A stretch of DNA of 64,000 bases from Escherichia phage GEP001. Made by a program: the position numbers and the translations under genes. The stretch is from the sequence record PV173775. One strand, given 5' to 3'. The notes under the pieces were generated by a model. That model searched no databases, was not told where the DNA came from, and worked only from the letters and a program-made list of their open reading frames with translations. Of the stretch, positions 30,198 to 40,124 are shown one piece after another; position 1 is the first letter of the stretch; each line of letters opens with the position of its first letter.

Positions 30198-31136
30198 ATG
30201 TACAATATTAAATGCCTGACCAAAAACGAACAAGCTGAAATTGTCAAACTGTATTCAAGTGGTAATTATACTCAGCAGGAATTGGCTGATTGGCAAGGTG
30301 TATCGGTTGATACCATCCGTCGTGTTTTGAAAAATGCTGAAGAAGCTGAGCGCTCCAAAGTTACCATTAGCGGTGACATTACAGTTGAAGTTAAGAGTGA
30401 TGCAGTTATTGCTCCAGTTGCTAAATCTGACATTATTTGGAATGCATCTAAAAAATTCATTTCAATTACTGTTGATGGCGTAACTTATAACGCAACTCCT
30501 AATACTCATTCAAACTTCCAGGAAATTCTTAATCTGCTTGTTGCAGATAAATTGGAAGAAGCGGCACAAAAAATTAATGTTCGTCGCGCTGTTGAAAAAT
30601 ATATTTCCGGCGATGTTCGAATTGAAGGTGGAAGCCTGTTCTATCAAAATATTGAATTGCGGTCTGGTTTAGTTGATCGTATTCTCGATTCGATGGAAAA
30701 AGGTGAAAACTTTGAATTTTATTTTCCATTCCTGGAAAATCTGCTGGAAAACCCAAGCCAAAAAGCAGTATCTCGACTCTTTGATTTCTTGGTAGCAAAC
30801 GATATTGAAATTACAGAAGACGGCTACTTCTATGCTTGGAAAGTAGTTCGCAGCAATTACTTTGACTGTCATTCAAATACTTTTGATAACAGCCCTGGTA
30901 AAGTAGTTAAAATGCCACGTACTCGTGTGAATGACGATGATACACAAACTTGTTCTCGTGGTCTGCATGTGTGTTCTAAATCTTATATTCGTCACTTTGG
31001 TAGTTCAACCAGTCGAGTTGTAAAAGTTAAAGTGCATCCGCGTGATGTAGTATCAATTCCGATTGATTACAACGATGCTAAAATGCGTACCTGCCAATAC
31101 GAAGTAGTTGAAGACGTTACTGAACAATTTAAATAA
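30198..31136 (+). CDS. rIIB: rIIB protein
   Basis: 312 aa; follows rIIA; recognised as T4 rIIB. Confidence 0.9.
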   Translation: MYNIKCLTKNEQAEIVKLYSSGNYTQQELADWQGVSVDTIRRVLKNAEEAERSKVTISGDITVEVKSDAVIAPVAKSDIIWNASKKFISITVDGVTYNATPNTHSNFQEILNLLVADKLEEAAQKINVRRAVEKYISGDVRIEGGSLFYQNIELRSGLVDRILDSMEKGENFEFYFPFLENLLENPSQKAVSRLFDFLVANDIEITEDGYFYAWKVVRSNYFDCHSNTFDNSPGKVVKMPRTRVNDDDTQTCSRGLHVCSKSYIRHFGSSTSRVVKVKVHPRDVVSIPIDYNDAKMRTCQYEVVEDVTEQFK

Positions 31137-31164
31137 GGGCTTCGGCCCTTAACTAAGGAAAATT

Positions 31165-31359
31165 ATGTTAGGTTATCAAGCACGAGTAAAAGAAGAATAC
31201 GATCAATTAATGCTCAAAATTAATGCACTGAGCAAATTTTTAGAAAGCACAAAGTTTCTAACGATTAATGAAGTTGAGCAAGAACTGCTGCTTTCACAAT
31301 TTACCTCAATGAAATCTTATGCAGATTGTTTAGAAAAAAGAATTGCACAATTCAAATAA
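31165..31359 (+). CDS. hypothetical protein (64 aa)
   Basis: Bracketed by UUCG stem-loops. Confidence 0.5.
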   Translation: MLGYQARVKEEYDQLMLKINALSKFLESTKFLTINEVEQELLLSQFTSMKSYADCLEKRIAQFK

Positions 31360-31364
31360 AATAA

Positions 31365-31388
31365 GGGCTTCGGCCCTTTTGTTTTAAG
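31365..31388 (+). terminator. intrinsic terminator aagggc-ttcg-gccctt + T-rich
   Basis: Read directly from sequence. Confidence 0.7.
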
Positions 31389-31395
31389 GGAAATT

Positions 31396-31725
31396 ATGAT
31401 TTATTGTATGAATATCGGTGATTCCGACATAAAAGAGATTAATCTACACGGAAATCATCACGCTAATATTGTGTACTGCAATAAATTTGAGTTTGGTCAC
31501 GAAAAACTTGGGTTTCTTTACTGTAATGATGTTATAGTCATGGATAAAAAGGAACTCGATGAACTCGACCGTGAGTCTTTAGATGAAAATGACAGAATTT
31601 ATTATGGTACTCTTAAAGTATATAACGCTTATCTCAGCGGTAAAAAGGAAAGTCTAAATGCAGAAAACGAATCCGGGTTTACAGAGACTATTTCAGATTC
31701 CGACATTTACCCTATCGAACAATGA
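31396..31725 (+). CDS. hypothetical protein (109 aa)
   Basis: Track ORF; overlaps denB start out of frame. Confidence 0.45.
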   Translation: MIYCMNIGDSDIKEINLHGNHHANIVYCNKFEFGHEKLGFLYCNDVIVMDKKELDELDRESLDENDRIYYGTLKVYNAYLSGKKESLNAENESGFTETISDSDIYPIEQ

Positions 31726-32215
31726 TTTGACTAGTGAAATGAAGGTCAAAATTGCTGATACAGCAAGATACTCTTTAAAACAAAACCCGAACCAGGATAA
31801 AGCAGAAGTTATTGAAAGATGCCGTATCGCTGTGTATGCAGAGTTTTTTGTAGCAGATTGGCTGAGCGGGTATGTTAATAAAGGTCAAGAGGATGTTAAT
31901 GACCCGTATACATATGCGTGGGATGTACTGGCGCATCCAAAATACTGCGGGCTTCGTGTAGAAGTCAAAACACATCAAACTGACTCACGTTGGATTTCGA
32001 TAACAACCGGATGCAGCGGAGAATATCCATACGGTTCTGGAATAAATCTAGGGCCCATTCTGAATCATCAAGTCGCTGACTGTATAATTATATTCAACAC
32101 TAAAGAAATTCATCCAGGTGTCATCCAGTACACTCCGAAGTTCATCGGTGATAGAGAAGACCTTCGCAAGGTTGTAAGAAAAAGCAACTACAACGGATGG
32201 TATCTTTCCATTTAA
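31658..32215 (+). CDS. denB: DenB endonuclease IV (dC-specific)
   Basis: 185 aa, same length as T4 EndoIV; position between rIIB and ndd. Confidence 0.7.
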   Translation: MQKTNPGLQRLFQIPTFTLSNNDLTSEMKVKIADTARYSLKQNPNQDKAEVIERCRIAVYAEFFVADWLSGYVNKGQEDVNDPYTYAWDVLAHPKYCGLRVEVKTHQTDSRWISITTGCSGEYPYGSGINLGPILNHQVADCIIIFNTKEIHPGVIQYTPKFIGDREDLRKVVRKSNYNGWYLSI

Positions 32216-32231
32216 AAATTTTCACAAAACG

Positions 32232-32261
32232 GTTTACATACCACAAGGACCGTGGTACTAT
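32232..32261 (+). promoter_or_regulatory. early promoter (GTTTAC, 18 bp, TACTAT)
   Basis: ggtttacataccacaaggaccgtggtactat. Confidence 0.6.
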
Positions 32262-32288
32262 ACAACTATCAGCTACGGAGGAGTAAAA

Positions 32289-32552
32289 ATGAAATTTAAA
32301 TTTTATTACGCTAAACATAAAATAACTGATGAGTTTGTGTCAGTTGAATATTCTAGCGATGATGAAGGTATGATTTATACTCGCTTGGGACTATCGCATT
32401 GGGAGTCTGATACGCCTTATTTTTCAACTCCTGAAGAAATTACACGCTTAGTTAATGGTCATATGAATGACCACTGGGATGTAATTCTTACAGATAGTCT
32501 TAAAGCGGCTATTAATAGTAATGAAATGAAAATCGCTGAGATTGAACTATGA
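32289..32552 (+). CDS. hypothetical protein (87 aa)
   Basis: Track ORF. Confidence 0.5.
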   Translation: MKFKFYYAKHKITDEFVSVEYSSDDEGMIYTRLGLSHWESDTPYFSTPEEITRLVNGHMNDHWDVILTDSLKAAINSNEMKIAEIEL

Positions 32553-32736
32553 GTTCATTATGGTGGTGTTTTGTTTGGTTAATTAGTATTCCATTAATTT
32601 GTTTAACATTTACTTTTGTGATGAGGTTATTATGAAAATTTTGAATTCTGTACTTATTGCTTGTGCGTGGTGGGTTGCGCAAGTTTCGGCAGTAGTGATT
32701 GGTATTCACATTTATTACGAATATTTTTAAAAAAGT

Positions 32737-32767
32737 TGTTTACAAGACTGTTCCTCTGTGGTACTAT
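32737..32767 (+). promoter_or_regulatory. early promoter (GTTTAC, TACTAT), near-identical copy of the promoter at 3564
   Basis: aaaaagttgtttacaagactgttcctctgtggtactat. Confidence 0.6.
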
Positions 32768-32795
32768 TACCCTATCAACTACGGAGGAACAGAAA

Positions 32796-32909
32796 ATGAA
32801 AAAGATTGTTAAAGCTATATGGAATGTAGTTATAATACTAGTAGTTTTGAGTATATTCCCAATCGTTTTAATGATTGATGTATTAAACGCTTACTTTGGA
32901 TTTATGTGA
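32796..32909 (+). CDS. small membrane peptide (37 aa)
   Basis: ATG after GGAGG RBS; hydrophobic; the track ORF 32661-32909 extends upstream through the promoter. Confidence 0.4.
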   Translation: MKKIVKAIWNVVIILVVLSIFPIVLMIDVLNAYFGFM

Positions 32910-32916
32910 GGAAAAT

Positions 32917-33114
32917 ATGAAGCGTAAACGCAGTGCTTTTACATTTATGGAATGGTTTTTCGATAATATTTTTCCAGCTTTATTCATTTTCATGCTGATT
33001 TTTGCCTTGGGTTCAGTTGTGGTTGGAATCTATTTGATGGCGGTTGTCGGAATGGATATTCACCAAAATGGTTTAAAATCTGTGGTTGAAACAATTTGGA
33101 ATGGTGTAAAATAA
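32917..33114 (+). CDS. small membrane protein (65 aa)
   Basis: GAGGA RBS; two hydrophobic segments. Confidence 0.5.
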   Translation: MKRKRSAFTFMEWFFDNIFPALFIFMLIFALGSVVVGIYLMAVVGMDIHQNGLKSVVETIWNGVK

Positions 33115-33221
33115 TGAATTTACTAAGCATTTGGTTTTATATTCTTGTATTTTACATTGGCGCAAATATCCCATATTGGATGGGATGGTCAACAACTGCA
33201 TTTGGATTTTATACTCCCTGA
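33114..33221 (+). CDS. small membrane peptide (35 aa)
   Basis: ATG overlaps the preceding stop (TAATG); hydrophobic. Confidence 0.3.
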   Translation: MNLLSIWFYILVFYIGANIPYWMGWSTTAFGFYTP

Positions 33222-33229
33222 GGTGAATT

Positions 33230-33445
33230 ATGAAAATTTTTAAAGATGTAAAAGTTGGTGAAATTTTCTGTTTAGATAATGGTGATCAGTTAATTCGTAT
33301 TTCACCTCTTAAGAGCACTAGCGAGAAAATGACAGTTAACTCTACTTTAGCAAATAACAGTAATGAACGTTTCTGTATTGAAAATGATACTGAAACTTAT
33401 ACTGTAGAAGAATTCTGGGAATTAAGTGTCGACTGCGACGATTAA
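33230..33445 (+). CDS. hypothetical protein (71 aa)
   Basis: Track ORF. Confidence 0.5.
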   Translation: MKIFKDVKVGEIFCLDNGDQLIRISPLKSTSEKMTVNSTLANNSNERFCIENDTETYTVEEFWELSVDCDD

Positions 33446-33505
33446 TTTATCGGCCGTATGTATTCATGCGGCCTTGGAGTAGAAAATAATTTAGAGGAAA
33501 TCAAT

Positions 33506-33961
33506 ATGAAATACATGACTGTTACTGATCTGAATAATGCAGGCGCAACTGTTATTGGTACAATCAAGGGCGGTGAATGGGTTTTTGGAACTCCACATAA
33601 AGACATTTTGTCTAACCCTGGATTTTACTTTTTAGTGAGTAAATTTGGTGGTCCATTTGATAGTCCGTGTGTATCTGCGCGATTTTATGTAGGTAATCAG
33701 CGTTCTAAGCAAGGATTCAGCGCAGTTCTAAGTCATATTCGTCAGCGTCGGTCTCAGCTTGCGCGTACTATTGCAAATAACAATGTTCCATACACAGTAT
33801 TTTATCTACCTGCTTCTAAGATGAAACCTCTGACGACAGGATTTGGAAAGGGTCAGTTAGCTTTAGCGTTTACTCGTAATCATCATTCTGAGTATCAAAC
33901 ACTTGAAGAAATGAACCGTATGTTGGCTGATAACTTTAAATTTGTTTTGCAGGCATATTAA
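33506..33961 (+). CDS. ndd: Ndd nucleoid disruption protein
   Basis: 151 aa from internal Met; [25 protein letters not shown]... recognised as T4 Ndd. Confidence 0.85.
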   Translation: MKYMTVTDLNNAGATVIGTIKGGEWVFGTPHKDILSNPGFYFLVSKFGGPFDSPCVSARFYVGNQRSKQGFSAVLSHIRQRRSQLARTIANNNVPYTVFYLPASKMKPLTTGFGKGQLALAFTRNHHSEYQTLEEMNRMLADNFKFVLQAY

Positions 33962-34038
33962 TGAGTAATTTCCATAATGAACATGTGATGCAGTTCTATC
34001 GTAACAATCTTAAAACTAAAGGCATCTTCGGACGCTAG
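33961..34038 (+). CDS. stp: Stp peptide (modulator of host EcoprrI/PrrC)
   Basis: 25 codons, [25 protein letters not shown]; ATG overlaps ndd stop; recognised as T4 Stp. Confidence 0.75.
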   Translation: MSNFHNEHVMQFYRNNLKTKGIFGR

Positions 34039-34048
34039 TGAGGAAAAT

Positions 34049-34204
34049 ATGAATATCGCAAAATTATTAGGAGTTATTTCATTTATTTGTTGGATAGTAG
34101 CATGTGTTTTAACTATCTGTATTGATGTCAGCAGCGTGTTTTCGCAAGCTTTAGCTCAGGGTATGTGTGCATGTTTAACATTTGCGTTGTTATCTAATGA
34201 TTAA
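34049..34204 (+). CDS. small membrane protein (51 aa; Ac-like by position)
   Basis: MNIAKLLGVISFICWIVACVLTICIDVSS...; lies between stp and 52 where T4 has ac. Confidence 0.45.
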   Translation: MNIAKLLGVISFICWIVACVLTICIDVSSVFSQALAQGMCACLTFALLSND

Positions 34205-34337
34205 GAAAATCTTGGGCTACTCAGTAGCCCTTGCTGCTTTACTGGTAGCACTATATTATGGAGTAATGTTCGGATTAATTCAAGTCGTGCTTTTCATTTC
34301 TGATGTTATTATGGCACTACATTCACTAGTATGGTAA
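34197..34337 (+). CDS. small membrane peptide (46 aa)
   Basis: ATG overlaps the preceding ORF; hydrophobic. Confidence 0.35.
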   Translation: MIKKILGYSVALAALLVALYYGVMFGLIQVVLFISDVIMALHSLVW

Positions 34338-34341
34338 ATTT

Positions 34342-35670
34342 ATGCAACTGAATAATCGCGATTTAAAAAGTATCATTGATAATGAAGCACTGGCTTATGC
34401 TATGTACACGGTTGAAAATCGTGCTATTCCAAATATGATTGATGGATTTAAGCCAGTCCAACGATTTGTTATTGCTCGAGCTCTTGATTTGGCGCGAGGA
34501 AATAAAGATAAGTTTCACAAACTCGCTTCTATTGCAGGTGGTGTAGCTGACCTTGGATATCATCATGGTGAAAACTCTGCGCAAGACGCGGGGGCTTTGA
34601 TGGCTAATACTTGGAATAATAACTTTCCTTTGTTAGATGGTCAAGGAAACTTTGGTTCTCGTACTGTTCAAAAAGCAGCAGCAAGTCGTTATATTTTTGC
34701 TCGTGTAAGTAAAAATTTCTATAACGTATATAAAGATACTGAATATGCTCCGGTACATCAAGATAAAGAACACATTCCGCCTGCTTTCTATTTGCCTATT
34801 ATTCCTACTGTTCTTCTTAATGGTGTTTCCGGTATTGCAACTGGTTATGCAACTTACATTCTTCCTCATAGTGTTTCTTCTGTTAAGAAAGCTGTATTAC
34901 AAGCTCTTCAAGGAAAGAAAGTAACTAAACCGAAAGTAGAATTCCCAGAATTTCGTGGTGAAGTCGTTGAAATTGACGGTCAATATGAAATTCGTGGAAC
35001 GTACAAGTTTACCTCACGAACCCAAATGAATATCACTGAGATTCCGTATAAGTATGATCGTGAAACTTATGTGAGTAAAATCTTAGACCCGCTTGAAGAT
35101 AAAGGCTTCATTACATGGGATGATGCTTGTGGTGAGCATGGCTTTGGCTTTAAAGTTAAATTCCGTAAAGAATATTCTTTGAGCGATAACGAAGAAGAAC
35201 GTCACGCGAAAATTATGAAAGACTTCGGGTTGATTGAGCGTCGTTCCCAGAATATTACCGTTATTAATGAGAAAGGAAAGCTGCAAGTTTACGATAACGT
35301 AGTTGATTTAATTAAAGACTTTGTTGAAGTTCGTAAAACTTATGTCCAAAAACGAATTGATAATAAAATCAAAGAAACTGAATCAGCATTTCGTTTAGCC
35401 TTTGCCAAGGCACATTTCATTAAGAAAGTGATTTCGGGTGAAATTGTTGTACAAGGTAAAACTCGCAAAGAACTGACCGAAGAACTTTCTAAAATTGAGA
35501 TGTATTCTTCTTATGTTGATAAACTAGTCGGAATGAATATTTTTCATATGACTTCTGATGAAGCAAAGAAACTTGCTGAAGAAGCTAAAGCTAAGAAAGA
35601 AGAAAACGAATATTGGAAAACTACTGATGTAGTTACAGAATACACCAAAGATTTAGAGGAAATCAAATGA
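34342..35670 (+). CDS. 52: DNA topoisomerase II medium subunit gp52 (GyrA-like)
   Basis: 442 aa; recognised as T4 gp52. Confidence 0.95.
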   Translation: MQLNNRDLKSIIDNEALAYAMYTVENRAIPNMIDGFKPVQRFVIARALDLARGNKDKFHKLASIAGGVADLGYHHGENSAQDAGALMANTWNNNFPLLDGQGNFGSRTVQKAAASRYIFARVSKNFYNVYKDTEYAPVHQDKEHIPPAFYLPIIPTVLLNGVSGIATGYATYILPHSVSSVKKAVLQALQGKKVTKPKVEFPEFRGEVVEIDGQYEIRGTYKFTSRTQMNITEIPYKYDRETYVSKILDPLEDKGFITWDDACGEHGFGFKVKFRKEYSLSDNEEERHAKIMKDFGLIERRSQNITVINEKGKLQVYDNVVDLIKDFVEVRKTYVQKRIDNKIKETESAFRLAFAKAHFIKKVISGEIVVQGKTRKELTEELSKIEMYSSYVDKLVGMNIFHMTSDEAKKLAEEAKAKKEENEYWKTTDVVTEYTKDLEEIK

Positions 35671-35816
35671 GTCCATTCATTGGTATTACAAGTGCGGCGT
35701 TAGTATCTGGTAGCATTTTACTGGCGGGTTTAGGCGTTGTTCCAGCCGTAGCAGGAGGTCTTCTTGCGTTCGGCATTCAACGTGTTATCATGACAGTTAT
35801 CACAGTCATGCAGTAA
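35667..35816 (+). CDS. small membrane peptide (49 aa)
   Basis: ATG overlaps gene 52 stop (ATGA); hydrophobic, Gly/Ala-rich. Confidence 0.35.
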   Translation: MSPFIGITSAALVSGSILLAGLGVVPAVAGGLLAFGIQRVIMTVITVMQ

Positions 35817-35822
35817 TTTTAG

Positions 35823-35840
35823 GGAGAGCCTCGGCTCTCC
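35823..35840 (+). other. RNA stem-loop ggagagc-ctcg-gctctcc (no U tract)
   Basis: 7-bp perfect stem read from sequence. Confidence 0.5.
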
Positions 35841-35869
35841 AAAGCATACTGTGGTACTATACAACTATC
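35839..35869 (+). promoter_or_regulatory. motA promoter-like element (TACTAT -10, no GTTTAC); 31-bp copy also at 52406-52436
   Basis: ccaaagcatactgtggtactatacaactatc. Confidence 0.5.
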
Positions 35870-35901
35870 AAATACTGATACAGAATTACGGAGATTAGAA
35901 A

Positions 35902-36537
35902 ATGTCTAAAGTAACTTACATCATCAAAGCTTCTAACGATGTTCTGAATGAAAAAACTGCTGCGATTTTAATTACCATTGCTAAGAAAGATTTCATTACA
36001 GCTGCAGAAGTTCGTGAGGTGCATCCAGATTTAGGTAATGCAGTAGTTAATAGTAATATTGGGGTATTGATTAAAAAAGGCCTAGTGGAGAAATCCGGTG
36101 ATGGATTAATCATTACAGGTGAAGCTCAGGATATTATTTCAAATGCGGCAACTTTATACGCACAGGAAAACGCTCCTGAACTGCTGAAAAAACGAGCAAC
36201 TCGTAAAGCTCGCGAAATTACTTCTGATATGGAAGAAGATAAAGACTTCATGTTAAAACTTTTAGATGAAAATGGATTTGTTCTTAAAAAAGTTGAAACT
36301 TATCGTAGTAACTATCTCGCTATTTTAGAAAAACGCACTCACGGAATTCGCAATTTTGAAATTAACAACAATGGAAATATGCGAATTTTTGGATACAAAA
36401 TGATGGAACATCATATTCAGAAATTTACTGATATCGGAATGTCATGTAAAATCGCTAAAAACGGTAATGTGTATCTTGACATTAAACGCTCGGCAGAAAA
36501 CATTGAAGCTGTAATCACCGTAGCATCTGAACTGTGA
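35902..36537 (+). CDS. motA: MotA middle-transcription activator
   Basis: 211 aa; recognised as T4 MotA. Confidence 0.95.
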   Translation: MSKVTYIIKASNDVLNEKTAAILITIAKKDFITAAEVREVHPDLGNAVVNSNIGVLIKKGLVEKSGDGLIITGEAQDIISNAATLYAQENAPELLKKRATRKAREITSDMEEDKDFMLKLLDENGFVLKKVETYRSNYLAILEKRTHGIRNFEINNNGNMRIFGYKMMEHHIQKFTDIGMSCKIAKNGNVYLDIKRSAENIEAVITVASEL

Positions 36538-36547
36538 GGAATAAATA

Positions 36548-36877
36548 ATGAACAAGTTAGAAATTATCAATGAACTTCGTCGTTGTGCAGAACCTACTCA
36601 AGAGGGATGGGGCATCTGGTACCACGGGGCTTATCTTGGAACTATCGTAAAGATTAAGACCGGTAAATACATGATTATTCGTGAAAGTAAAGATGCTCCA
36701 GTAGGTATTCGCAATAATTTTATGGCAGCGATAAGTTCATTTACGGATGCAGCTTACGAAATTTACCTTGCTGATTATAAAGAATTCCAGGAATCTCAAC
36801 CAGTTATTCGCTCAATTGGTGTTAACAAAGCTCAACAGAAAACTTTGTGGCAGCGTATTAAAGGATGGTTTAAATGA
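36548..36877 (+). CDS. hypothetical protein (109 aa)
   Basis: Track ORF. Confidence 0.5.
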   Translation: MNKLEIINELRRCAEPTQEGWGIWYHGAYLGTIVKIKTGKYMIIRESKDAPVGIRNNFMAAISSFTDAAYEIYLADYKEFQESQPVIRSIGVNKAQQKTLWQRIKGWFK

Positions 36878-37335
36878 ATCCATTTATTAATCGTTTAAAA
36901 ATGCTGAATGTTCCTTTATCTCGTGAAACTCCAGAAAGTCTTGTTCAAAAATTTAAAGCACATGGTTATAAATGCACAGAAGAAGATATTCTTGCAGAAG
37001 TTCCGGAAATTTGTTGGCAAACCGCATACTGGGATGAAAACCAAAAGTACCAACGACGGATTGTTTGCGCAGCCAACCGTTTTAAATTAAAAGATGGACG
37101 AACTCTTGTTATTCCAGGTGCTCGTCATTATTCTAAAGATATGGCAGCAGTTTTAGATGTAGTTAAACCCCAATTAGTTACTCAGCAAGTTTGTGATGAT
37201 GACCAAGGGTTTATTGACCAATATAGTAATTATTGGACACGTGAAGAAGCAATGATTATTGCAACTTACGCTGGACAAGTACGTATTGAACGCGGCGGTA
37301 GTGAAAAAGAACTTTACTCTGAGGACCTTTACTAA
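36874..37335 (+). CDS. hypothetical protein (153 aa)
   Basis: Track ORF. Confidence 0.5.
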   Translation: MNPFINRLKMLNVPLSRETPESLVQKFKAHGYKCTEEDILAEVPEICWQTAYWDENQKYQRRIVCAANRFKLKDGRTLVIPGARHYSKDMAAVLDVVKPQLVTQQVCDDDQGFIDQYSNYWTREEAMIIATYAGQVRIERGGSEKELYSEDLY

Positions 37336-37403
37336 TGAATATTAAAAAGTTTCAAATTGATGGAATTACTAATCAAATCCAGGCGTTGTAATATGCCAAT
37401 AAA

Positions 37404-37631
37404 ATGATGTCAACTAATTGGGGAATTTATGCTAATGAACCTGCATTTCAGTTTTGTGATATGGAATTAACTAAAAAGCTCGTAGGAAAAGATTATGTAT
37501 GTCCATTTAGTTCCCCAATAAATGGAATGTTAAAACCTGCTTTACGCGATCTTTATATTGCGATGAACGAAGAGATGATAAAAGAGCTAAAACGTCAACT
37601 GAAGGTGATTCAATTTGGCCAGGGAAATTAA
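37404..37631 (+). CDS. hypothetical protein (75 aa)
   Basis: Track ORF. Confidence 0.45.
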   Translation: MMSTNWGIYANEPAFQFCDMELTKKLVGKDYVCPFSSPINGMLKPALRDLYIAMNEEMIKELKRQLKVIQFGQGN

Positions 37632-37833
37632 TTCAAAATCCGATTATTTTAACTCTCTCAATGATAAAGATAAAAATCTAATACGGCACTTTATCGTTGA
37701 GATGGGATATACTGACACACGTGATTTAAGAGAACATATATTTGAATGTGGTGTAGCTAAAAAGTTTTCATTCACATGCAAATGTTTAAGAGAGGTGATT
37801 CAGCACTATGAACAATTTAGTCGCAAAACATAA
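37615..37833 (+). CDS. hypothetical protein (72 aa)
   Basis: Track ORF. Confidence 0.45.
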   Translation: MAREINSKSDYFNSLNDKDKNLIRHFIVEMGYTDTRDLREHIFECGVAKKFSFTCKCLREVIQHYEQFSRKT

Positions 37834-37916
37834 TTTTAATAAAGCTTCTGTTCATAAAGATAAGAAGAAAGCGTTTAAAGAATCTAATCGCAAACAGAAA
37901 CATAAGGGGAAGGTCT

Positions 37917-38195
37917 ATGATTATTGATTCTCAATCTGTGGTTCAATATACAATCAAAATTGATATTCTAGAAAAGCTATATAAGTTTCTACCAAATTTA
38001 TACCACTCAATTGTTAATGAATTAGTTGAAGAACTACATCTTGAGAATAATGATTTCTTGGTTGGAACTTATAAAGACCTCTCAAAAGCAGGATATTTTT
38101 ACGTAATTCCAGCTCCAGGAAAAAGTATTGATGATGTATTAAAAACTATAATGATTTACGTCCATGATTACGAAATTGAAGATTATTTCGAATGA
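37917..38195 (+). CDS. Arn-like protein (candidate anti-McrBC), by size and position
   Basis: 92 aa, acidic; T4 Arn is 92 aa and sits near asiA; sequence not recognised. Confidence 0.35.
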   Translation: MIIDSQSVVQYTIKIDILEKLYKFLPNLYHSIVNELVEELHLENNDFLVGTYKDLSKAGYFYVIPAPGKSIDDVLKTIMIYVHDYEIEDYFE

Positions 38196-38344
38196 GTCAT
38201 AATCTTGAAAAGGTAATCGAGCATAATGTAGCTCAGGAACGTGAGTCGTTCAAGGAATTCGTAGAAAAAATTTTTGAAGAAAATAACACAGACCAGTTTA
38301 CAAATCAAGTGTCTGATGGTATTATAATAAAGTCAACTAATTGA
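38192..38344 (+). CDS. small hypothetical protein (50 aa)
   Basis: ATG overlaps the preceding stop. Confidence 0.3.
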   Translation: MSHNLEKVIEHNVAQERESFKEFVEKIFEENNTDQFTNQVSDGIIIKSTN

Positions 38345-38356
38345 GTGGTATAGTTA

Positions 38357-38629
38357 ATGAATAAAAACATTGATACAGTTCGTGAAATTATTACTGTTGC
38401 GTCTATTTTGATTAAATTTTCCAGAGAAGATATTGTTGAGAATCGTGCTAATTTTATTGCATTTCTGAATGAGATTGGAGTAACGCATGAAGGTAGAAAG
38501 TTAAATCAGAATTCATTCCGTAAAATTGTTTCTGAATTAACCCAAGAAGATAAGAAAACCCTCATCGACGAATTCAACGAGGGTTTTGAGGGTGTATATC
38601 GATATCTAGAGATGTATACAAACAAATAA
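38357..38629 (+). CDS. asiA: AsiA anti-sigma70 factor
   Basis: 90 aa; MNKNIDTVREIITVASILIKFSREDIVENRANFIAFLNEIGVTHEGRKL... recognised as T4 AsiA. Confidence 0.9.
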   Translation: MNKNIDTVREIITVASILIKFSREDIVENRANFIAFLNEIGVTHEGRKLNQNSFRKIVSELTQEDKKTLIDEFNEGFEGVYRYLEMYTNK

Positions 38630-39286
38630 TTATTTAGCCCTTCCTAATATTCTGGCCGCCTGAGAACATATTGATTCAAGGCGGTCATTACTTATATGAT
38701 CATTTCTATACCAGTACATGGTTATTGTTCCAGCATAGATATTATCCAAATTGAAATATGGACAACTATACATGTAATTTATTTCGGGAGTAGGCTTTTT
38801 AGTTGGTAAAAAAGCAAATTTTGAATTGGAATAATAGTGACGTCCATTTAAATGAACTGTATATTCATCCATAGTTTTATCAACAGGATATCCTCCAAGT
38901 GATTTTTCGCTTATTGTTGAAGGTAATTTTCCTTCATATGCTATGATATCAACAAAATAGTTTAAGTTTTTAGGGCGGAAAGAATACACCGCACTAAAGT
39001 CTGCCTCAGATGATATATGAACTATCTGGAGTTGTTCCAGGGCGACAGATTCAAAGCGTGCATTTCTTTCCTTTTCAATAATTTCACTGTATGTTTCATA
39101 CTTTGATTGCTTATAGTACTCAAAGAAACTATCTCCCCTATACCAAACAATCGCCATCATAAATAAAAGAATTACGACAGCTACTCGGGAAGCAAGAACC
39201 TTCCCGGTAGCGTTATCTTTGAACAAGCGATCTAGAACACCCAACAGAATATCAGAGGGCGAAAATGATATTCTAGGTGCTGCCAT
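38630..39286 (-). CDS. t: holin T
   Basis: 218 aa; one N-terminal TM segment and large periplasmic domain; convergent with asiA as in T4. Confidence 0.85.
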   Translation of the reverse strand: MAAPRISFSPSDILLGVLDRLFKDNATGKVLASRVAVVILLFMMAIVWYRGDSFFEYYKQSKYETYSEIIEKERNARFESVALEQLQIVHISSEADFSAVYSFRPKNLNYFVDIIAYEGKLPSTISEKSLGGYPVDKTMDEYTVHLNGRHYYSNSKFAFLPTKKPTPEINYMYSCPYFNLDNIYAGTITMYWYRNDHISNDRLESICSQAARILGRAK

Positions 39287-39316
39287 AGACCCTCCTTTTA
39301 AGGATATTTATTCAAA

Positions 39317-40105
39317 TTATACTCTTGGACCATATATTGCTCCAACGTTTTGCCATGTCGGTGTAGACCCTATGACGGCATAACCAGCAGCACCGCCATC
39401 GTATTCATATCCTTGACCACGAATATTACATCTACCTCCTGCGGAGCCAACTTCACCACCAGACCCGCCGCTATAGATACCGTTCACAGACCCTGCGCCA
39501 GGCGCAGAAATAGTACCAGCAGTTGCTCCTGATTGCATATCAATAGATCCGCCGGGCGCGCCAAACGGACGACCGCCGCCACCGCCAAAGGTCAATCTCA
39601 TTTGTGAAAAAGGAGAATAATATCCGCCGCCACCGCCGCCGCCGCCGCCAGCAATAGCTCCGCCATTATTAATTCTTAGTCTCCCACCAATATCATTTTG
39701 AATACAATGACCCCCAGCTGAGCCAGGACTATTGCTACCGCCATTCCCGCCACGGCCATACATCGTTACACCATGTATATTCAGTTGAACATATTCATTC
39801 GGTGTATCTCCGTACATGAAGAATAAAGGAACATCTTTAGAATATGATACTAAATCTCCAGTGATATTAAACACTATAGGTGCACTACCTGCCTCAAAAC
39901 ATCTATCTCGGAACCATTGGCCATTGAAGTTATGGTCTGCTCCAAGCGTGTGAATTATTTCAACAGATCGACCTATCATATTACTCATCCAGAACGGAAT
40001 GCCCATTCTTAATCGTTGGGCCGCGCCACCCATCCAATTTTGTCCTGTATTAACTACTGCAGACGATCCTACCCACGGTCCTGTTACTGCCATATAAACC
40101 TCCAA
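39317..40105 (-). CDS. 38: gp38 receptor-recognising adhesin (T2-type, glycine-rich motifs)
   Basis: 262 aa; GGGGGGGGG and GGxGG tracts; T4 gp38 is shorter and lacks these, T2/T6-type is about 260 aa. Confidence 0.8.
   Translation of the reverse strand: MEVYMAVTGPWVGSSAVVNTGQNWMGGAAQRLRMGIPFWMSNMIGRSVEIIHTLGADHNFNGQWFRDRCFEAGSAPIVFNITGDLVSYSKDVPLFFMYGDTPNEYVQLNIHGVTMYGRGGNGGSNSPGSAGGHCIQNDIGGRLRINNGGAIAGGGGGGGGGYYSPFSQMRLTFGGGGGRPFGAPGGSIDMQSGATAGTISAPGAGSVNGIYSGGSGGEVGSAGGRCNIRGQGYEYDGGAAGYAVIGSTPTWQNVGAIYGPRV
39625..39651 (-). repeat. (GGC/GCC)n simple repeat encoding the poly-Gly tract of gp38
   Basis: ccgccgccaccgccgccgccgccgcca on the plus strand. Confidence 0.8.
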
Positions 40106-40124
40106 GGGGCCGAAGCCCCTCTTA

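Noticed and set aside
32661-32909. 82-codon track ORF
   Set aside because: Its N-terminal two thirds span an early promoter and leader; only the terminal 37 codons after the RBS (32796-32909) are plausible.
39560-39660. GC-rich repetitive DNA considered as a possible repeat array or foreign insertion
   Set aside because: It is the glycine-codon repeat of the gp38 adhesin, in frame and typical of T2-type gp38; there is no spacer-repeat periodicity.
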